This document shows, piece by piece, positions 13,148 through 25,093 of a stretch of 64,000 nucleotides of DNA. The stretch spans positions 1,059,771 through 1,123,770 of the forward strand of contig NW_003314314.1 of assembly GCF_000143415.4 (NCBI RefSeq), in the 5' to 3' direction. The DNA is from Selaginella moellendorffii (Eukaryota; Plantae; Lycopodiophyta). A program made the position numbers and the translations under genes. The notes under the pieces were generated by a model that was given only the letters and a program-made list of their open reading frames with translations, ran no database searches and was not told the origin of the DNA. Position 1 is the stretch's first letter. Each line of letters opens with the position of its first letter.

Positions 13148-14515
13148 ATGGCAACTTGTCCATTTGCCCTAGCTTATGAAATGGAGGTTTTGAGCGAGGT
13201 GCATCTGGAATGCGGATCTGGATGCGTCGTGTCCTGCTTCACAATCAGCAGCGCCAAGTCAGGTACACTCTCTGGGCTCGGATCGTCCAGCCAAATATGT
13301 TCCTACGCAGACAATGACAAAGTTCCATCGGCTCAAGGGCGCAGCTCGGCTGCGCATCAAGTGGATACAAGGAGTGGAGTGGACGACGATGGTGATCTCA
13401 TTGTCGCTCGGAGAAGCACAGCAGTTTTGGTTCCAGGTAACCTTTCCAAGTTCCGGGAGTGTTGAGTGCTATCTGAAGGGACTGTGCAGACAGGCCGAGA
13501 GAGTCCATACTGATATATCACAACATGGCCACTGCCATCCCTCTAGTAGGTTTGCAGGTACAGCGGGCGCGTCTAAGCTTGCAGTGTCGATGAGTTCCGG
13601 ATGCCTCCTCAGGTGTGGAGAGGAGCACTACTCCTTGCCGACTTTATAATCCACAAGTGCAAGAACACCTCCGACTTTGAGAATGTCACGGCTCTGGAAT
13701 TCGGGTGCGGGACAGGTAAAGGTGCTTCCTTCCTGCGTGTGTGAATTTGTTTCCACACCTGCAGGACTAGCAGGCATTACCCTTGCACGCCATGCCAAGC
13801 TTGTTTTCCTGACGGACAGGGGTGCGGATGTGCTTGACAACTGCTCTCGGAACGTTTTTGCAAACCGCGGGTCCTTTCTTCGGGGCGAGTCCGGCGTTAG
13901 AGTGCGAGAGCTGGATTGGGAGGAAGGCTGGCCACCCCGGACGACAAACATGCAACAGGCAGCGTGAGTTTGTGTTCCCCAATTGTTCTTTCAATCCGCT
14001 AGACGCTTGCTTTACTCCACAGGACGAGCTCTCCGTACCTTTGGAGCCAACAGGATCTCAAGGATGTGGAGGACGCCACCATCTTTCTGGCCGCAGATGT
14101 CATCTACAGCGACGACTTGACCGATGCTTTCTTCCGAGCTGTGTCAAAGATGCTCCTTCCTGGATCAAACAAAGTTGAGCCAAAGTCCTACCTTAAAGCT
14201 CTCGAGTTCCTTCTCACTCCACCTGGTGCACAGGCACTCTACCTTGGACTTGAGAAGCGCTACAATTTTTCCATGGACGCGCTGGACGTGGTAGCCAATG
14301 GCTATGCAAACTTTGTTGGACACCTGAGCGTAGAAGGTATTCTCATCTGGTCGTTCCTCGTCAGCCTGATCCAGGATGGTGCAGGGGAAAACACCAGTGC
14401 TGCATTCCTCGGCAAACGTTTGGATGATTTCACGGTCCCAAAATACATTATGGAATACGATCGCGGTACAGACTTGGAGCTATGGGAGATATGTGCAGCG
14501 CCACAGAGGCAGTGA
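13148..14515 (+). CDS. METTL22-like (family 16) protein methyltransferase, multi-exon; alternative start at 13181
   Basis: EVLSEVHL, DDDGDL, VGLQVWRGA.LLAD, motif I LEFGCGTG, VRELDW, LAADVIYSDDLTDAFF, LEKRYNFS, EYDR..DLELWEI. Confidence 0.85.
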
Positions 14516-14527
14516 AAGCGGAGAGCA

Positions 14528-15205
14528 CTATTTGGCCTTGGCCGGAAGGACCTTCTCGACGATCTTGTCGCTGAGCTCCTGCACTTGCGTCTCCAGGCTC
14601 TTGAGCGTCTCCTGCTTTTGCTCTTCCAAGTTGGCGAGAGCTTGAGCCAGCTCCTGCTCGATTCGCTCCCTTGATTTTTGCAGCTTGGCCTCCAGCTCCG
14701 CGGCAGTCTCCTTCTTCATCTTGTTCAGTGCGGCGGTGGTCTCGGCTCTGGCCGCCTGAATCAACGCCTCGGCTTCGTCTTGGAGCTTCTTAATCTCCTC
14801 CGAGTTGTCCTTGACGCTCTCCAGCTTGTTGCGGATCATCTCGTCCCGCTCGTCCATGATTTTGCCGACGGGGGTGAACCAGATCTTGTCCAGAGCCACC
14901 ATGAGGAACAGGAACTCCGCGACGATGATGGGCAGCGTGGCGTCGAAGTCGAAGAGTTTGCCGGGCTCCTTCTTTTCCTCGGCGGCCAAGGCAAGCGCCG
15001 CGGGCAAGCTGAGGGTGGCCAAGTTGAGAGCCCCGAATGCCGCATTCCGCAAGCTAGCACCGTCGAAAGCTCTGCTCAATCTCTTCACCAGCCATTCCTG
15101 GGGGCTAGCACCAACCTTGGCTTTGCAGCTCGCCGACGATCCCTTGCATAGGGACGCCGACACTGGGCACCGGATGACGAGAGCTCCCGCGCTGCAAGTC
15201 GCCAT
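14528..15205 (-). CDS. atpG: Chloroplast ATP synthase CF0 subunit b' (subunit II), intronless
   Basis: Transit peptide, then [36 protein letters not shown] followed by a long coiled coil ending IVEKVLP. Confidence 0.95.
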   Translation of the reverse strand: MATCSAGALVIRCPVSASLCKGSSASCKAKVGASPQEWLVKRLSRAFDGASLRNAAFGALNLATLSLPAALALAAEEKKEPGKLFDFDATLPIIVAEFLFLMVALDKIWFTPVGKIMDERDEMIRNKLESVKDNSEEIKKLQDEAEALIQAARAETTAALNKMKKETAAELEAKLQKSRERIEQELAQALANLEEQKQETLKSLETQVQELSDKIVEKVLPAKAK

Positions 15206-15550
15206 AGCCACTCCACAAAACCACAAACCGAGACGATAGATGGATGATATTCCTAGCGAGACAAGGCTCACGGGGCCTGGGAGGTCACGTCCGTCGGATG
15301 GAGGAGCCAACGCCCAGGATCAAGTCACGGAGCCTCCAGCCCTAGAATGCAGGGGATTCCGTTAAACCAGACGGGCTTTTAAAGGCGAGAATCTGTTAGG
15401 AGCCCCCATTTTGTGGATCGATATAGGTAGATAGGCGCCACGGCCCGATCCGAGGGCTCGCTGGATGCGCATCGGACGGCGTCGCGCTCTACGTGCTTGG
15501 CAAACGCCTCGCCCTGCCTAGATCCGCCCAGGGTTAGAAGAATCATTGTT

Positions 15551-15558
15551 TAGGGTTT
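15551..15558 (-). promoter_or_regulatory. Telo-box (AAACCCTA) in the PP2A-C 5' region
   Basis: tagggttt ~25 bp upstream of the PP2A ATG, in the atpG/PP2A divergent promoter. Confidence 0.55.
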
Positions 15559-15583
15559 TGTTTGCGGGGCATCGCTCGCTAGG

Positions 15584-17299
15584 ATGAACGTGGCGCCAGT
15601 GTCGTCAAATGGCTACGGTCAGCTGGATGCACAGATCGCGCAGCTGATGCAGTGCAAGCCGCTGGTAGAACACGAGGTAAAATTTCCTTCCATCTCGGGC
15701 AAAACCCCTTTGCGCATTTTCTTGTCCGAATGTGTGACCTAAGCTCCTGCATTTCTTGCACTTCCAGTCTTTTAGGTCTCTGAAAACACTGTTTTTTTTT
15801 GCAGGTGCAGGCCCTCTGTGAGAAGGCCAAAGAAATTTTGATGGAAGAGAACAATGTGCAGGTAAGCTGAGCTGCTTTGGTGGTCTCACTTGTTTCACAA
15901 AAATGTTGAGCAGCCAGTCAAATGTCCTGTCACAATTTGTGGAGACATACACGGCCAGTTCCACGACCTCGCAGAGCTCTTTAGAATCGGTGGCAAGGTG
16001 AGTGTATATGTTTTCCTTCTTCACCCTCGGAGTCGTTGTGTACGTTTCAAGTCCTGAGTTTTCCGCCTTACTCACCAGGTTTGATCTTTAATCTCTGTCT
16101 TTGTAGTGTCCAGATACAAACTACTTGTTTATGGGCGATTATGTGGATCGTGGGTACTACTCCGTCGAGACTGCAACTGTGAGTTCTCCTCTTGTCATTT
16201 ACATGCAAGCTGACTCGGTTCTTCGTTCTGCTATGCAGCTTTTGGTCGCGTTGAAGGTCCGGTATCCAGATCGAATCACCATTTTACGAGGGAATCACGA
16301 AAGTCGGCAGGTTGGTACGACAGTTATTTAAGCTAGCCTTGGACATTGACTGTTATGTTCTTGCCATGCGACACAGATTACGCAAGTTTACGGTTTTTAT
16401 GACGAGTGCTTGCGAAAGTAAGTGTTGGATCATTCATGTATCATGTATATGCGGCCGTTTCTCATGTTCTTTGTTTTTTTTTTTTTTTTTTTCAGGTATG
16501 GGAATGCGAATGTTTGGAAGATCTTCACAGATCTTTTTGACTACTTTCCTTTGACGGCATTGGTATGTGAAAGCGTCGACACTCACGGTTTAAACTTTCT
16601 GCTTCTCTATGTGACAGGTAGAGTCGGAAATCTTTTGCTTGCACGGAGGGCTTTCCCCTTCGATAGATACACTAGATCACGTGAGGCAGCTTGACCGGGT
16701 TCAAGAAGTTCCCCATGAAGGCCCGATGTGCGACTTACTATGGTCGGACCCGGATGACCGTTGCGGCTGGGGAATTTCTCCTCGTGGCGCGGGATATACT
16801 TTTGGACATGTAAGCCGGGGTTTTGCTATTGTGTGGTGTGTGCCTGAAGGTGCATTGTCATTGCAGGATATCTCAGAACAATTCAACCATACTAACAACT
16901 TAAAATTGGTTGCAAGGGCCCATCAACTAGTGATGGAAGGTTACAACTGGGGTCATGTAAGTCGTTTATGGATTGATGATTGGGATGACAATTGCTACTG
17001 TCGTTGTCAACTTTTGCAGGAGCACAAAGTAGTCACTATTTTCAGTGCGCCAAATTATTGCTATCGCTGCGGTAAGTTTCTAAGAAGTGTTTTAGGCCGT
17101 GTTGAGTTTTTGGTCTTGGCACAGGAAATATGGCGTCGATTTTGGAAGTGGATGACAACATGGGCCATACATTTATTCAGGTAGGTGTAGTTGTCGATCT
17201 TTCTTCCTTGTACTGAGCTTGTGTATCTTACAGTTTGAGCCTGCTCCAAGGCGGGGTGAACCAGACGTGACGAGAAGAACGCCAGACTATTTCTTGTAA
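15584..17299 (+). CDS. PP2A-C: Protein phosphatase 2A catalytic subunit, multi-exon
   Basis: [35 protein letters not shown] motifs and the invariant C-terminal TPDYFL*. Confidence 0.97.
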
Positions 17300-17741
17300 C
17301 TGGAGCTCTAAGATTCACCTTAGAATTCTTTTTGCTGAGAGGCCCAGCGATTCCCGACACCTCGACAGCGGCCGCGGCGTGCAGCTCAAAAACAAGACCA
17401 CGGGAAGTTTTAAGTGCCTCGATACACCTAGTGTGCTCAAAGAATAGATAAGCCCCCCTCCATATCTGCCGGCTTCCATTCGTTCTTCTCTTGCTATCTG
17501 TAATACTAAGTAGTCTTGGTTGAGATTTTTTGCTCAGGTGACTGCCGGAACATGGACTTATCACTGTGGTGATGCGATTGTCATTCAAAGAAAGCTGCGT
17601 TAAAAGTGTGCGTGTGTTTGTGTGTGTCGTATTATGTCCCGTGTGACTGGAGTTTCCCAAGGAAGGGACCTCAGCATTGAATTCGGGAGGAACAAACAGA
17701 AGGAATGGAAGCCTATCTGAACAAAAAAAAAGGAAAGCGTT

Positions 17742-18729
17742 TCAATGCTTCACCTGGAGACGAGCTCCACAGCTTGGGCAGACGGGATCTTGTCTGGGCA
17801 GCATGAAGTACGTCAAACAGCGGTGGCAGCCAAGCGCAACCATGACATTTTCATGCCCCCTGCCGCCTCGTCTTTGTGCTTGCGATGACGAGGCCTCGTT
17901 CTGGTGGTCTTGCTCTTCGTCTTCCGAGGAAGGGTGGTATGGTTGAGGGGGAAAGACGGCAGAGGCGGACGACGAGGAAGAGGAGGGTGGTGCTGCCCCT
18001 GCTGCTGGCCGCGCTGAAGATGTGTGGCTGCGACTAACAACGCCTTGCTCTTGCTCTTGCTCTTGCTCTTGCTGCTGGAGGTTGCGAACTTGCCTGAGAG
18101 CTCGGATTTTATCATCGGCGAGGCGAGCCACCTCTCTGGGGTCCCTGCAAGTCCGCTTGCAAGTGCTCCAGTCGATGTAGTAGACTTCCCCTGTCTGGAT
18201 GGATGCAAGGAGCGCAATGTGTGAGAGGGGACAGAAATTGGAGGAGCAGAGGACTTACATTGATGTCGAGGAATTGCTCCCAGCCGTAAGGAAGAGCCTG
18301 CTGCTGGGGTTGAAGATCGACGTGCACCCGTGACCTGTCGTCGTCGTCTTCGTCATCGCCGCCCCATCTCGTCCTTTTCGGCGATGGCGATTGATCGTCA
18401 CCCGCTGCTGGCTGCTGCTCCTCCTCCCGCCGCTGCTGCTGCTGCTGGAAATCATCCCCGGTGGAGGAGGCAGAGAGGAGGCCAAGCTGGGCTTCAACCA
18501 CTTGCAGAGCACCTTGGGGCCATGATCGCGCGGGATGATCTTTCTTGCTACTGCCGCCGCTAATACTGCTGCTACTCACTCGATTCTTAGCGTGCTTGCT
18601 GCTGCTGCTGCCGCCGCCGCCACCATCACTGCTACTGCTGCTGCTGCTGTTGCTGTGGCTGGAAGAGTGGTGCTTCTTCTTGGAGAGCACCTGAGAGTGA
18701 GGATTGACGAGGATCCGCCCGCCTCCCAT
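17742..18729 (-). CDS. CURLY FLAG LEAF 1-like WW-domain protein with C-terminal zinc ribbon; 2 exons
   Basis: WW domain LPYGWEQFLDIN|TGEVYYIDW..CKRTCRDP; C-terminal MVALGCHRCLTYFML...CPSC; poly-S/Q tracts from trinucleotide repeats. Confidence 0.8.
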
Positions 18730-20077
18730 GCTATGAAAGAATCAGAAACCGTACCGGACGGCTACCACTGCTCTTGTTCCCGGTGTTGTCAAGAGGTTGA
18801 AGAGAGGCCCCCTCCATGTCCTGCACCCCCATAGCACTTCCATTTAGGTTGCAAGAGAAGAAGCAACAAGGACGACCCTCTTTTCTAGCATGCAACCATT
18901 CCTTTCCTCTCAATTTATAAAAACAGAAAAAAGTGCTGGATGATGTAATGATGGAGCGCATTAGGGTAACTGTCAGCCACACTGCATTTCTCTTGATAAA
19001 TTTTTAAACTGCCCCTTGCTTGCTCGCTTGCTTCCACTCAAGGCATTGATTTTAGCTTTTAGGCTTGCCAGCAGTCACTAAAACTACTGGTAGTGCTAAA
19101 CTTTGGTTTTGTGAGTCCTGGACAGCTGAACAACTACAACCTATATCTTATTGTGCTGGTCAACAACTAGCAAGTATACTACTATTAAGTAGGAAGTGAT
19201 GATCGTATAAACAAGGCCAGGGATTTGGACCTCTGTTGGGATAGTGTAGCAAGAGAATCGGCACCGCTGCCAAGCAGCCCGATACAAAAATCTCTCCTCA
19301 ATCATGTTTGCATTTGTAACCATTCTTCCTTGAAGGAGAGGATATTCTTTCTTCCTGTCTTTTAGAATGGGAGAGAGAGATGGATGGATGGATTCTGGAT
19401 TGAGCCATTCAATTGGCAATGTCCTTTCTAAGATGTAGCAGGCAGCTCTCTCCGTCCGGGCGGCGGCCCGTGAGTAATGCGACGAATTCCAGCGTACGAA
19501 TCGTCCTGGCTCTTCCAGAAAGCGCGACAGTTTGCAAACTAACAAATATCCCGCTTGCTTTAACGCGCGATCAGGAACAAAGGAGCAAACAACCCAAAGC
19601 CTAGGAGAGGTGTGCGGCCCCAAGTTGGACTGTGACGCTGACCATGCGCAGGATTTGAATCAGGGAGGGATATGTGCGCACACATACAACACAGTAGCAT
19701 TTACTCCTCGTAAATGCAAAGGGCATGGGGCGCAGCACTGCGGCCGAAGAGCTGAGCTCTCTTTGCTTGCCAGCCAGTGATAAATATATATACGAGGGAA
19801 AGGTAGCGAGCACGGTGGCAGTGGAAGGTTTTCTATCTAACTAGTCTCTCGGTGCCCAAGCATAACACCTTTGCTACCCTTCTAAGCTACATACTTAGTG
19901 TCGCTTTCCAGCGCGTGCAAGGCATCGGAGACGGCGTCCTCACTCTTCGGCTCGCGGACGAGCCCGTCCCAAAAGCCCCGCGGGGGTGGGGGCAGAGATG
20001 CTCATTTGGAGGCAGCCATACCATTCACCAAGGAGAGCACAGCGCGCACAAACACAGAGATACAACGGAACCCGCAG

Positions 20078-20118
20078 ACAGACAGACACACACACACACA
20101 CACAGAAAGAGAGAGAGG
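20078..20118. repeat. Compound (GACA)/(CA)n/(GA)n microsatellite
   Basis: Visible gacagacagacacacacacacacacacagaaagagagagag. Confidence 0.85.
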
Positions 20119-20300
20119 GGGGACTTTAAAAATTTGAAAAGGCAGGAATATTCCGAGTGCCAGTAACGTCTTCCTTGTGAGCAATCCACAAATCAGAAAC
20201 ACCACACCAGGAGATTGTAATTATATCTATAATACAAACAATTACAAAGCCATCCGGGTGACCCCGGAGAGTTTGTCGTTGGAATCCATGGCTCGCGAGC

Positions 20301-20915
20301 TCACTCGTCCGCAAAATACATGAGCAGCACGTAGAGCAGCTGCGTGGCTGCCACCACAATCGCAAACGCCTCGAGCGCTTTCTGCTCACAAAGACAAAAG
20401 CAAAACGGATGATAACGGGTCCCCGCTGCATTGCTCTTACCAGTCTGTCCGAGTAGATGTAGCCCACATGAATCTGCTTGCAAGCGACGCTGCAAAACAG
20501 AAATCCCGCTCGGCTCGGCTCAAAAATCAAATGGCAGTTCCATCTTTCTTACCCGAAGGCGAGTAGCGTGAGAAGGAGGGCAATAACCGCCGCCGATCCT
20601 GCGCCGCCGTGGCTCTCGCTCCGCCGGTGCTTGAGATGGAAGAGACCCACCAGGACGGACGCGATGCCCACCACTCCAGCGATCAAAGAGAAGCGAATGA
20701 GGTCGGAAGTGGCTCCGTTCCCTGCGCATGCCCACGTTTTGCATTCTTTCAAAACCTGGTTTTCAAGCGATTGCACGTTTCTTACCTCCCGCCAAATGCC
20801 CATCCAGCTGCTCGTCCAATGCCCAGCTCGCCAGCCCCAGCAGGATGATGTAGAGGACCAAGTTCACCCCCAGGAGCGGCGCCGCAAGGCCTCTGTGCTT
20901 GGCGTAAGAAGCCAT
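20301..20915 (-). CDS. AWPM-19 (PM19-like) membrane protein, 4 exons; not recovered whole by the ORF track
   Basis: Spliced translation MASYAKHRGLAAPLLGVNLVLYIILLGLASWALDEQLDG / GNGATSDLIRFSLIAGVVGIASVLVG / ACKQIHVG / KALEAFAIVVAATQLLYVLLM matches the AWPM-19 pattern. Confidence 0.88.
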
Positions 20916-21101
20916 CCTCTCTCACTCTTGTCTCGCTCTCTCTCTCTCCTCCCAGTGACTATATTGACAAGTAAAGGATTTCTCCTCTCTTTCTCTCTCT
21001 CTCTCCCTCCCGGTGACCCAATTGACAAGGAAAGGATAAAGAGAAAAGCAAAGAGAGTTGCCGGCCAGCCGGAGATGGTTCCCAAGGGAAGGTGGGAAGC
21101 A

Positions 21102-21167
21102 TTTATATACGGCTTTCTCCGCCAATAAGAAGAGAACTCATGGGTACCGGATCGACCGCCACGCGTC
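21102..21167 (-). promoter_or_regulatory. AWPM-19 core promoter: TATA box (21102-21109) and ABRE/CE3-like GACGCGTGGC (21158-21167)
   Basis: Minus-strand TATATAAA and GACGCGTGGC upstream of a gene family known to be ABA-induced; GA-rich leader at 20916-21010. Confidence 0.5.
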
Positions 21168-21558
21168 AGGGAGAGGATCAAAGAGTTGCACTCCAGCTCC
21201 CAGATTGTTCAAGAATGTTTTGCTGGCCCTCCTAGCTAGAAGTTACTGTGGTTGTTTTGCTTTTCAGCTGGCAAATCTAACTTAGCTGCTACTTACCTAG
21301 CACAAATTTCTCCATTTACTTACCGTGCGTTGACTCGGAGGAGAGCGAGGGGAATCGAACCGTGGTGGCAAAAGTGTCGGAGCACTCGCGCTTTGACTAG
21401 GTGTCGTGCTTGTGTGCGGAGGTGAGAGAGAGACTGACTAGGGTTGTGGAGCAGACGAGGCGCATCCAGAGAATGGCTAGGAGGCGCTGATTCCATCCCT
21501 GTGGCGCTGTTGGATCCGTGAATTGCAGGTACCTTGTTGTGCGTGTTCACATAGCAAC

Positions 21559-24116
21559 ATGTCGAGCAGCCTGGGCAATCCCTCCAAATCCAAGGATTCC
21601 GCCAGAGTTGCCCAAAAAAACGGGGACAAGAGATGTAGCGGCGAGCGGCATTCGCCATCCCCTTGCTCGGGGGACAAGGAGGTGAGGTACGAGTTTGACA
21701 CCAAGATTCCCAAGGGTCATCGAACAGACAGAGAGAAGAAGCGAGTCAAGAGGTTTGCTCCAGGGGCTGAAAAGGACAATGCACAAGTTTCTGCTGCTGA
21801 CACGCCAAGAAGCGACACGTCCAAGCATTTGAAAAGGTTGCGAACAAGCAGAGCTAGTCGATGCCAGAGGAGAGACGAGGAGGTTGACGCAAAGCCTCCC
21901 CAGCTAGATAAGGTGGCCATGAACGACGACCAACAGGATCATCTGCCCGTGGCTAATCCGGTAGACGCGGACAAGACTGAAGGGGAAGGCCGTGAGACAC
22001 AAGCTGGGAAGCAGGAGGCTGACGAGCGAGAGGAAGGCAAGTTACAAGACAAGGTAGCGCTTGCTTCCCAAGACAACACTTCCACCGAAGATGTTGTCAA
22101 TCAAGAGGCGGTGCAAGCTATGGCGGAGAGCTTGGGAAATCACGACGCCGGGGCTGATGCTCCTCAAGAGGAGGGAGTGCCCGACGAACGCCAAGGGAGG
22201 GTGGTGCCTGAAGACAATGTGCCAGTTGTTCCCGAGGACTCAAAGCTGCCACAGGCGGAACCTGACACGTCGTTGTCGCTGGGATTGTCCAACTCGCATC
22301 GTGCACTCAACAGGAACAAGAGCTTCCAGTCTATGTCCCAAGCAGAAACCTTTTCTCATGGCGTTACCACTTCGCTATCGCTCTCCTGTTCTCACCCGTT
22401 TACTCACAACCCCAGCTGCTCGCTCACGCACAATTCACACGACTATCAGGAGTTCTCCAGTGCAAGCCAACCCGTGCGTCCGGAAGCCTCCTCGTATTCA
22501 GCTGGTCTAGGCAGCAGAAAGATGGAGTTTGGGGACTACGCTCGTCACCACCCCTTCAAGGGAAAAGCGGTGTCGGAAAGTAACCATTTTCCTCACCATT
22601 CTCGTCCCAAAGGCAGCATGCACAGGAAACAGGTGAAGTCCAGCGGCCTTTCCCAGAGTGTGGGATCCTGGGAACGGTCGTTTGAGCGGGACAGGGCGTC
22701 GGCAACTTTGCGAGTCTCTGTTCGTGAGGTGGTTGCTGATCCGGTTCTAGTGGTAGCGGAAAAGATGCGAAACTTACCCCGAGATGTGCTGGACGGGCTA
22801 AAGGCGTCGGCGAAGGACCTGGTGGAAAGCAGTGACCGGAGAGAAGAGTTTTTACAGCTGCAAAGAATTCTACAAACCAGGAATGACTTGTCGTCGGACG
22901 CTCTTCACAAGTCACACCGTACTCAGGTTGAGATCTTGGTTGCTGTTAAGACGGGAAACCCAGCGTTCCTCCTGCAAGACAACCAGCTAAAACTTCTCGT
23001 CGAGGTCTTGCTCCACTCTCGATGCCGTAATGTCCAGTGCCTCAGCCAGCTTCCTGTCGACAACTGTGAGTGCAAGATATGCACCCAGAAGAACGGGTTT
23101 TGCAACGCGTGCATGTGCGTCGTGTGCTCGAAGTTCGACACGGCGCACAGCACTTGCAGCTGGGTGGGCTGTGACTACTGTATTCACTGGTGCCATACCG
23201 ACTGCGGGCTGAGAAAGATGTACATTAAGCCGGGGACGACACCAGGGACTTCAGAGATGCAGTTCCACTGCATCGCATGCGGCCACACGTCCGAACTTTT
23301 TGGATTTGTGAAAGAGGTTTTTGCCTCTTGTGCCAAGTCGTGGAACCGAGGAGTACTCGTCAAGGAGCTGGATTGTGCAAGGCGAATGTTTCAGGGCAGC
23401 GAAGATTTGAGGGGGAGACAACTGTGCCGAAGAGCCGGCCAGATGATAGCCAAACTTGAGAGCAACAACCTGGACGTAGCGGAGGCCTGCAATGCCATGC
23501 TTAGATTCTTTGAAGGTACGTATTTTGTCTATTTTACTTTCTATTTCTTAGAGCTGATTTTCCAGATAGTAAAAACGTCTCCCTCCTGGAAGATGACGAG
23601 CACGCGACAGCAGGTGCTGCTCGTATTGATCCAAACACAGTATTGGAGAGAGCGACTTTGGCACTTCAGACATATGACCGCGTGTTGGAGGAGAAGCGTA
23701 CAGATGCTGCTGAAATGCAATACGAAAGAGCCAGGAAGAAAGCCGAGATAGAAGAGCTGGAGAGCATTGTCCGTATCAAACAAGCAGAGGCGAAAATGTT
23801 TCAAGCGCGTGCGGATGAAGCTTCCCGCGAGGCCGAAGGATTGCAGCGTATTGTTCTGGCTAAATGCGTCAAGGTGGAACAAGAGTACGTGGCCAAGAAA
23901 TCCAAGCTACAACTGCTCGAAGCAGAGGAGAAACGGAAGCGGAAGTTCGAGGACCTGCAGTTTCTGGAGAAAGGTTCGTCAAACTTCGACATTGTGCGCA
24001 AGTTGATGGGTGATCTGCAAGACCTGCTGGGAAACATGGAAGCTGCCAAACAGCTGCAAGCAGAGGAGGTTTCTGGAATTGAAGCGTACTTGGAGAGATA
24101 TTTGCAGTCCAGGTAA
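21559..24116 (+). CDS. OBERON/TITANIA-like PHD finger + coiled-coil protein (long N-terminus, OBE3/4-like); intron ~23517-23565
   Basis: LSLSCSHPFTHNPSCSLTHNS, RCRNVQC.SQLPVDNCECKIC...FCNACMCVVCSKFD...CSWVGCDYCIHWCHTDC, C-terminal ELESIVRIKQAEAKMFQARADEA. Confidence 0.92.
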
Positions 24117-25093
24117 AAATCAGCGTGACGAAAAGCTTTTGTGAGCGTGGCCAACGGTTTCGTGCTTGTGGGGCAGGGTGGCATAGACCTGGCATGGCGT
24201 TGTGTACTATCTAAGAGGGCCTACGTGCGGAGCTGTAAAAGAGCGAGCGCATCACGGACTTGTTGAAAATTTTACCAGACAGACTGAGTGATTCTTGTGA
24301 TGGTTGCGTAGTCAGATTCGTGTCTCTGTTGATAGCTCTATCTAGCCATACAGGGAGAGTCGTCTCGCCCCTACCTAGAATTCCTAGGATTCAAGGTCAG
24401 GTGCACTGCTCTGCTTTTGAAGCGGTCCAATCTCTTCCGTGGAAAAATCCGACAATGCTGAGGTTAGGTGCAAGTCATTGTTCTTGTACAGGAGCTGCTG
24501 GATTAATGCCCTTGTTAGCGCAGACACAGCAAGTCTTACGAGCTCCAAGGTGAAGCAGTAAACGACTGTTACTTGTCTGGATGCTGGTGACGCATATATT
24601 CTTAAGACAAGAACAGCTAGAGCAAAGCGAGTGTATCTCATATGACGGATTGAGTAGGCATAGGATTTACCACGAAGAACATGTGCAGGTTGGAAGCAGC
24701 GGGAGAGGCAGAGGTTCCCAACTGCTGTCTCAGAGCTACAACAGAGCTATTCTACGAGCTGCAAAGTTGAGTGTTCGCTTTCGTTGCACTGTTACTCGAT
24801 ACAAGACGTGGCATGGCAATCTGTATCTTTCCACTATGCCTCTGAGAGACGACAGGTATCTCTAGCTAGTCTGCTGTATAGCTGCAGGAGCTTGCTCACA
24901 GCTGGTACTTGAGAATCAAGGCATCCACTTTTGGAAACCAGAGTCGCCTAAGATTCCGGTTCAGCTCTAGACGACACCGACTTCCGAAACATGCATAACT
25001 TGTGTGACTCATCTATCTACCTTTATTGGCAGCTTCATAGTTTGTACAAGAGGAATCTAGGTAGCTATAGTCCTCCATCTTTTTCAAACATGC

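Noticed and set aside
18730-20300. Short ORFs in the CFL1-AWPM-19 interval
   Set aside because: No motifs or consistent splice pattern; treated as promoter/UTR sequence.
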